Source of the DNA: Camelus dromedarius
Taxonomy: Eukaryota
Assembly: GCF_036321535.1 (NCBI RefSeq)
Contig: NC_087437.1
Location: 61,258,001 to 61,322,000, forward strand
DNA length: 64,000 nt
Direction of reading: 5' to 3'
Both the position numbers and the translations under genes were made by a program. How positions within the stretch are numbered: position 1 is the first letter of the stretch; every line of letters starts with the position of its first letter. This document shows, piece by piece, positions 56,541 to 64,000 of the stretch. Below the pieces are notes generated by a model. It was not told where the DNA came from and did no database searches. It saw only the letters and a list, made by a program, of their open reading frames with translations.

Positions 56541-59500
56541 ACTCATTTATCCATTCAACAAATATTTATGCGCACTCTGCTGAGTAGGGTGGGGATAGGT
56601 CTGTTGAATATTTTATGTCTCCTGTCGTATTTATAATTTTTTATTCCCACTATTAAAAAAGTCATATCCTGTTCTTACTTTGTAGACACAGCATCTTGTG
56701 TCTCAGGATATTAATGAGCATTTTCTGTCTGAAATCTTCTCCTGCATAGTCAGTTTCCTCTTGGTTGCTTTTTTCTGAGTATTTTACCCTCTTTCATGTT
56801 AGAGGCTTTCCTTGGGTGTCTGGTAATTTTTCTTGTCTGCTCTTGGCTGAGAGTTGGGGACTACAGCGCTGGGTGGCTGTCGATGGAGCTTCTTTGTATG
56901 GTGACCTGGCTGGGAACTTCAGTGTTGGTTTCTTTATAACTTTCTTGGCCTAATCAGAGTCCCTAGAAAGGACACTCTTGTCTTTGCCAGGCAGTGGAGG
57001 CCCGGGAACAAGTCAAGAAGGGGACTGGGATCTCCACATCTATACTTCCTTGTGGGGCACGCGGTGCCCCGTTCTCAGCCGCGCCCACTGTGCCTATGCA
57101 GAGACCTGCCTTTACCCCTGCAGGGAGATCCTTGTGCTGGGTGGTGGGCACTGGGGCAGCCGCCCGGTGGCTTTGTGTTGGGGAGGGAGTCTAGGGGGTG
57201 TTACTGCTTCTTAAACAGCTTTGAACTAATCCTCTGTGTTTTTAGCACTTCGCTCTCTCACCTTCTTCTAGAGGTTTCTGGGACTGCCAGTTCCCATGCC
57301 TTCTGAGGATTCTAAGGGGTCAGTCAGGCACTTTTTACCCTGTGGTATGTGATTTTCTCAGGTCTGCTCTCCGTTATCACTGGCCCATCTACTTTCAGCT
57401 TCCAAGGCTTTGTTGTGGTTTTTTCCTCCACTATCTTTCCTGTCCTTACTTTTGCGTTCAGATAATTTCTCTTTTGGAAATTATATAGCTTCGGTGGGGT
57501 TTTGGGAAGGGGTGAAATTATGTGCGCATGTGCAATCCACTATCTTTTCCTGGAACCTCTAATCCCTCTTAAAACTTCCTCGCAGAATCCATGAATTCAT
57601 TCAGTATCCAGCATATATTTAACAAATTAGACTCCAGCTCTGCCCTCCATGGGCCCAAATCCTTGAGCCAAACAGTTTAGTGTATAGGTGTATATGGACT
57701 GAATTCCGGCTTCATCTCTTACTCTCTGGGTGACCCCAGTCGCCTCTCCAGAGCCTCAGGTTCTTTCTCTGTAAAATCAGGATGATGTAGGGTAGTAAGG
57801 GGCGAGGGTTAATCAAGCAGTGAAGGTAAAGCTTTTAGTAAAGAACATGCACATAGTGTCTTCTTGAGGCCCTGAGTAGTGACTTCTTCACATTTCCCCA
57901 AACCCTAGCACCAGGTGAGCACATAGTAGGTACATGGTGAGTGACTGAAGAGGGGCGTGGGGCGAGGGGGTTGGCCTGGGCCATCCCTTCAGCAGCTGCA
58001 CATCCTGGTACTCTGGAGCCAAGGGCTTCGCTGGACGTGAGAACTCTTGGTTATCCTTGTCTCTGCCTGTCCCATGGGTGCTGTGTCTCCTTTTGAGGCA
58101 AGTTCTCTTCCCTGGCCCCTGATCTTTACTAATCCCTAACCTTGGCAGGGCTGCCCTTCCACGGCCAGAAGGGAATCACTGTTGCTCTGAGCTGTTGATC
58201 TTCCCCATCTCCTAGGGATCCGTTGCCTATCCCAGCTTCTTAATGCCTTAGACCCAGCATGTATTTTCCCTTTCAGGGACTCGGTTTCTTTATTGCTAAA
58301 TGGGTGGGATTTAATGTATCTTAAATATCTTGAAGTCCCTGACATCTCTCTCACTCCCAGATTCAGACCCTTCTTTTCCTGGGCCCAGCAGCCTGCCCTG
58401 CACTGGTGTGGACATGGTCCCAAGGGGATGAGCAGTCCCTCTCGCAGAGTAAATGCTCTCCAATTCACAGCTCTGTCTTCTTTCCCCACCCCACCTCCAG
58501 GGCCCAACAATAGGCCCCTTTAGCTCTAGGCTCCGCTCAGGGGTTGGGGGTGGGGTGAGGCTTGAGCCGGCAGGCGGGGTAACCAGCTGGGCAGCCTCTG
58601 CCCAGCCCTGGAAGAGCTAGGGAGTGGCTGGTGGCTGGGAGCCAGACTGCATCCTTCCTTCCTGGGATTCTCTGCCGGGCCTCAGTGCTGTGATGATGCT
58701 TGGGCCAGAGGATTGGTGAGAGGCAGCTCTCTGCCGTACCCTGCCTCCTAGGCCTGACACCCAGGCCTGTGTGGTGTGAGTGTGCCCGAGACCCAGACAG
58801 CTGCAGCAGTTTACCCTCTGTCACACGAGACTGGTGTTTATGTGCGGGGGAGGGATGCTCCAGGAATGTGTAGGGCTCTCAGGGTCCTGTCTCTGGGTGT
58901 TAGGGTTGGCACACCAGTCTTTTGCTGGTGGAGCACGAAACAGCTACAAAATACTTTCAAGACCAAGTTGGTAAATTTGGGGAGGTGTTGCGTTCAGTGT
59001 GGGTCTGTTCTGGTGTCTAGTCAGATTCTTTCATCTCCTCTCTGAAAGTTACACATCCTTCTCTGCTAGAGTCTAAGGAGATGAGGCATAGGAGGGTCCC
59101 TGTATCCCAGTGTATCTACCTTGCTTCTGCACTCTACCTTCCCACCTTGTCACTCCCGTCCCCCCTCCTCTCTCTCTGCAAGGCTGGGGTGCCTAACAAA
59201 CCAGACCTCCTTCCCATTAACCCTGTTGTGTCCTGTAACCCAGCTCTCCGTCCAGTTTGATGAGACGGCAGCCTTCGTGGAGAAGGCTGAGTCAAAGCTC
59301 TCCTTCTGCCTTGAGGGACTGGCTGTGTTGTCCCTGGGGCTGAAGCAGCTTTGGGGGAGAAAAGTAGCTTAATGGGTCTAGGGCAGGAGTAGCTGTAATG
59401 AGATTGACGGACCCTCTTCCCATGAAAGTGCTTGCTTTTGAGGGTTAGGAATAAGCGGGAAAGCAAAGCCAGAGCCTAAGAGGGCAACCAGGCTTATTGC

Positions 59501-60189
59501 TGGTATTCACTGGACAGACGTAAGGTGGCACCAGCTCACTAGAAAAGAAGCAGGCCTCCTTTCTCCAGTGTCTGTCACAGAGGCTTGAAGTCTCTGTCAG
59601 GAAACTCTTGACCATGTCCCCTGCAGATTCTTCCTTCAAGGTGACAGCTAAACAGATGGTTAATTGACAGTGTACAAACCACAACAGAGGTATGTACATA
59701 GGGCTCCTCAATAGAATTATGTATTAATTCAGAGTGCTACAGAAATAGTGACCCATTAAGGTTCAGAGCATGGTGGATGATTAAAAATATTTTATTCTTT
59801 TGGCTGTTTTCCACATGTGTTTATACAACTCTTGTTTTCAGACACACTTTAACAAAATAACATGGGAAACATGGGAAAAAGAACCATTTAGGGGGAGGAA
59901 ATGGGAATTTACAAAGGAAATGACATTTTATTTGGGTCTTGAGGGATGTGTAGGAGTTCATGTAGACAAACAAAGTATCACAAAGAGTAGCTCAAAGAAG
60001 ACGGTATGTCTAGGGAAGGGCGAGTATTTGACTTGGTTGGAATATAGAGACTTTGAAGGAAAAGACAACAGGTAGAGGTGGACAGATAGGCAAGAGCTGG
60101 ATCCTAAAGGGCCTTGTACTTGACTCAATGAAGAGTTACAGAAGGATGTAAGTGGAAGAGGAACTTCAGATCTCTGTTCAGATGACAGT

Positions 60190-60395
60190 AATTACAATAA
60201 ATAACTATGTGCCAGATACTGTTTTAAGTGTGCTATTTATGATCTCATTGAATTTACACTTTATGAAGGAGGTACTGTTTATCCCCATTTTACAGAAGAA
60301 GAAATTGAGGCTTAGAGGTTAAGTCATTTGCCCCAAAGTTGTCTGACTAGAGAGTGACCCAGGCAAGATTTCAGCCCAGGTCTGTCTGACTTTTG
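60190..60395 (-). mobile_element. MIR SINE
   Basis: ATCCCCATTTTACAGAAGAAGAAATTGAGGCTTAGAGGTTAAGTCATTTGCCC. Confidence 0.8.
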
Positions 60396-62259
60396 TCCCA
60401 ATGTTATTGATGCGGGGAGTAATGAGAAGGTAGAAACAAGATTTTGTGGCCTGTTCAGTGTGGAAGGTAGGGAATTAATGTTGGAGGTGAGATTTCTAGC
60501 CTAGATGGCTGATGTTGGCTTGTGATGTTCTCAGTCTAGATACAGGAGCACACATTCACTAGGTTTAAGGGGATGGTGGTAAGCTCAGTTTGGATATGCA
60601 GAATTTGTGGTACCTGTGCATGCTCCTAGGGGAGCTGGCTGTAAAAGTCTGGGAATGGAGACAGACAGCACATGGTGGTAATTGGAGCCCTGGGAGGAGA
60701 GGAGGTGACCCCCAGGGAGGGAAGAGAAGAAAGGGTGAGATCCAAAGTCTTAGGAAGTACCAACAGTTAAGGAGAAGGATAACGAGGTATCAAGGTTGGA
60801 CTCAGAGCCTGTGGGCCCAGTTCTGCTGGCAAATATGCCTCAGCCTTGACTGTCCTCAGGACCTCAGCTGCCAAGCTCCCCTGGAAGGCAGTGGCCCACT
60901 GTGTCCTGGAGATGGAAAGGGTGTGGACAGCCATGGTGTGTGTCTGAATCACCCCCTTCTCTCCCTTGGCCCTTGGCCATCCTCCTCCACAGACCAGTGT
61001 GATGTCAGACCTGGGATGACCTAAAGGTGTGGGGTTGCCTGTGCAGTTCCCTCTGGGATGAGGTCCCAAGGGGAACCAGCCTGGCCTTGGTCCAGAAGCT
61101 TAGGCTCTGTGCACAGAGGGGTGAGTTGAGGCTGATCAGGCTTGGTGGGGCTGGAATGTGGAGGCAAGGTAATTCTCTGGGTGGGAGAGGAGTCATAAGC
61201 CCCCTCTTCTTTCCTCCCTAGTTTGTTGTTTTCCCTCTAGGGCTTGGAAAAGAGAGAGGGCAGAGGTGGGAAAAGGCTGGCTTGGAGGTGGAGTTGGCAT
61301 ATATTCCTGAGAATACGGTAGATTGTTTTGGAAAAATCCTCTTGGCCGGAAATTACATGTCACGTCTGCTTCTCAGTGTGGATTTGTCACTTCACTGATG
61401 CTTTGGAGAGCCTGGGGGAGGGGCGTAGACAGCAGAGGCAGGCTGATTCCTAACCACTACCCACTCCCATTAGAGATAAGAGGGCAAGTTGTAAACCAGA
61501 GGGAATACATGTGGGGTAGATTCCCCAAATCTTAGAGGCAGTTTGGATTTTGTGGATATCCTGTAACAGGATGGCATTAAGAGGCAGGGGGCTTATGGAG
61601 GGAGGAGGCAGGGAGAAAGCAGGAAGGCAGAATGGTTTGGATCAGACCCTTTATCCAACCAGGAGAAAGAAGAGATAGGTGGGCCTGACATTTTCAGCCT
61701 CTCTCCACAGCCTTCTGAGTTTGGGTTCCTGCAGCTGCTCCTGAGGCCACTTTCTGCCATAGCTGCAGTAAGGTGCAGAGGAGCTTCTGCCTAGAGTAGA
61801 CGCCCTTCCTGGCACAGGGTCATCCCCTGCCCTGGGGTGCTTCAAGATGGAGAAGGAGCTTTTGAAGAGAGTGAGCCTTATGGAAACTCACCTAGTGCCC
61901 TCTTGGGGTCTCTTTTCAGTCTTGAGTTTGAGTGTGTGTGTAGGAGGGGGTGGGGAGTAGAGAAGTCTCAGCATTTCCCTCCTGCTCTGCCCCAAACCCC
62001 AAGGGGTGAGGGTGCCCTGAGATCAGCCCTAAATACCTGGTACTCAGGAGTCGGTGGATGCTTCAGATGCCATAAGGATGAGAGAGTGTGCTTGTGGCAC
62101 CTTGGGGCCCTTGGGGCCCTTGCGGTAGGAGAGAGAGGAAGAGCCCCTGCAGTGGGACTTTCTCCACTAGCAGTGTCCTCACCCCGGCACTGGGTGACAG
62201 CCCTGCGTGGACACATGTTGGAGCAGCTCCTCCAGAAGGGAGTGTGGATTCTCGAGGCA

Positions 62260-63240
62260 CTCTTCTGAGGCCGGAGAGGTCAGCCCCAGCACTCTGCCAG
62301 GCCATGAATGCGCCGTACAGCCGGTGCAGCCAGCTCGGTCTTGAGGGTGGGGCGGGAGGGGGTGGCAGGGAGGAGTCAAGGCCAGTGAGAAGAGGCGTGG
62401 GCTGCGCCGGGGCGCGGTCTCCCTCCGGGTTCGGGTGCCGGAGGCGTGGCTTCCACGGCGGGCGAGGAGTGGGCTGGACAGGTTCTCTGGGTGGAGTGGA
62501 GTGCCGAACAGCGCGCCAGGGAGCCCGACAGGTGGGCGCATTATTGGAGCCACGTGGAGACTTGGCTGGTGGAAGGATAGGCTTCAGGCCCCAACGTCTG
62601 GAGGGAGGGGTCTCAGGTCAAGTCAGGATGGAGGCTTCCCCTCTGTGAGCTTCTTGGATGGACTCCCTTATCATGGATATGAGTGCCCTTGAATCCCCAG
62701 GACCTGATCGGTGACTATGGAGCTCTGGGTCCTGGAGACGGCCAGGGGCTGAGGGGAGCTGTGGTTCCGTGGTCAGTGAAGGTGGGGCCCCGCACCTGGC
62801 TCTCTGGGGACCAGCGGGTGGTGCTGCGCGGCGGAGAAGCGGCTCCTTGGAATGGAGGCTGGGCGCGGGGATTGGGGGAGGGGCGGCCGCAGGCCCAGCA
62901 AGACTGACCGCGACCACCCGGCTCCGCTCCTCTCCTCTGACTGCAGGAGGCTGATACGGGGCAGTGGGGAGCGGGCTGGGCCCTGGCTGAGGCGTTTTAA
63001 CAGCTCCAGCCCCCCTGGAGGATGCTCGAGGCCCAGCTCCTCAGAACGCACGGCAGTGACAGTGACGCTGACGCTGCCGGTGCGCTGGAGGGGCGGGGGC
63101 TGCGAGGGCTCTGCCTACCTCCCTGGCACTAATGCCGGGAGTTTGGGTTCCGTGGCGGGGAGATCTGCGTATCAGCGCCTGATAAGGGCTGAGGAGGGCC
63201 AGCAGGTAATAGGCCCCATCATCTGCCAGTGAGCTGAGGG
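62260..63240. promoter_or_regulatory. CpG island / probable TNK2 upstream promoter
   Basis: CpG-rich, GC boxes, CACGTG at 62550-62555; TNK2 is the known same-strand downstream neighbour of TFRC. Confidence 0.7.
62920..63205 (+). other. TNK2: Probable TNK2 (ACK1) alternative first exon; start approximate
   Basis: Encodes ...GSVAGRSAYQRLIRAEEGQQ, resembling the recalled human isoform N-terminus (MGERSAYQRLAGGEEGPQ); phase-0 donor CAG|GTAATA at 63206. Confidence 0.7.
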
Positions 63241-64000
63241 CAGCCTCTCAGGAGGGAGGGGTGTCTATACTCCTGGGACCAAGGACAGATCCTGGGGGTG
63301 GGAGACTGGGTAAAGAAGGGTGATGTGCTTGTGTGTGGGATGGGTGGGACGAGTCAGTGGTGGTGTGTTCCTGATGCTGACATCTGCTTCAGTGTCTCTG
63401 AGTCCCCTGGGAACCGATTAAGCTGCCCTTTGGGCTTGCTTCATCGCTGCATGGGAGCCCCGGAAGCACTGCCAGGATGTGGGTTTAGTCTTCTATGGTC
63501 ACTGAGCTCCTGTGCTCTGGACCTTGCCTTTTACTGGCTTTATGAATCTGCATATTAAGCCAAATGTCCCTGTTTGCTTTGGAAAATATGAGCATCTTAT
63601 TTATGGGGCTGCTTCCCTTACTTTAGAAATCAAGCACTTTCTCTCTTGGCCGGCAGAGGGCAGTCACTGACAGGACAAAGTCGGGCAGAAAGGTGGCTGT
63701 TTTCCAGGGCTGAGAGAAGGGGTCCAGGAGCTGGCCTGAGCTCCGACCCCTGACCATGCTTTGCTTTTCTTCACAACTTCCCACAGTTGGATTACTGCGC
63801 AAGCTCTGAGGCTTGTTCTTACCCAATGTCTAAAGGAAGAGTCAGGCATGGGGTTCTGGTGGATTTGGGGCACATCTTTCGGAGGTGGTTAGAATTTTCA
63901 ATCTGGCCACTCCATTCCAGCAGCCCCTTAACTTGTGGTCAGATCCCTGGGTCTCCTTCAGGTGTCTGGTGGGAGGTAGGCAGTAGGCTTCTCTGCTGTG

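Noticed and set aside
56900..62250. Numerous 60-145 aa ORFs
   Set aside because: No recognisable domains or consistent exon structure; expected by chance in GC-richer intergenic DNA.

Overview
Mammalian genomic DNA, most likely camelid, judged from tRNA-derived SINEs resembling Vic-1. The window holds a complete, intact TFRC (transferrin receptor 1) gene on the + strand: a CpG promoter at ~6.4 kb, non-coding exon 1, 18 coding exons (11745-29068; 2313 nt, 770 aa, all GT-AG and in phase), and a 3'UTR with the five iron-responsive elements plus several non-IRE hairpins. Downstream are a nested LINE-1/LTR block (31.8-43.6 kb), a consensus CTCF site (42.0 kb) and an orphan CpG island (46-48 kb). 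That island carries a long minus-strand Ser/Cys/Pro-rich reading frame with 10-aa repeats, a poly(A) signal, promoter-like motifs and a single in-frame stop; it is the best candidate for something undescribed. More L1 follows (49-55 kb), then a CpG island with what looks like an alternative first exon of TNK2/ACK1 (62.3-63.2 kb). Comparisons with human or other proteins are from memory, not from a search; repeat family names and repeat boundaries are approximate.
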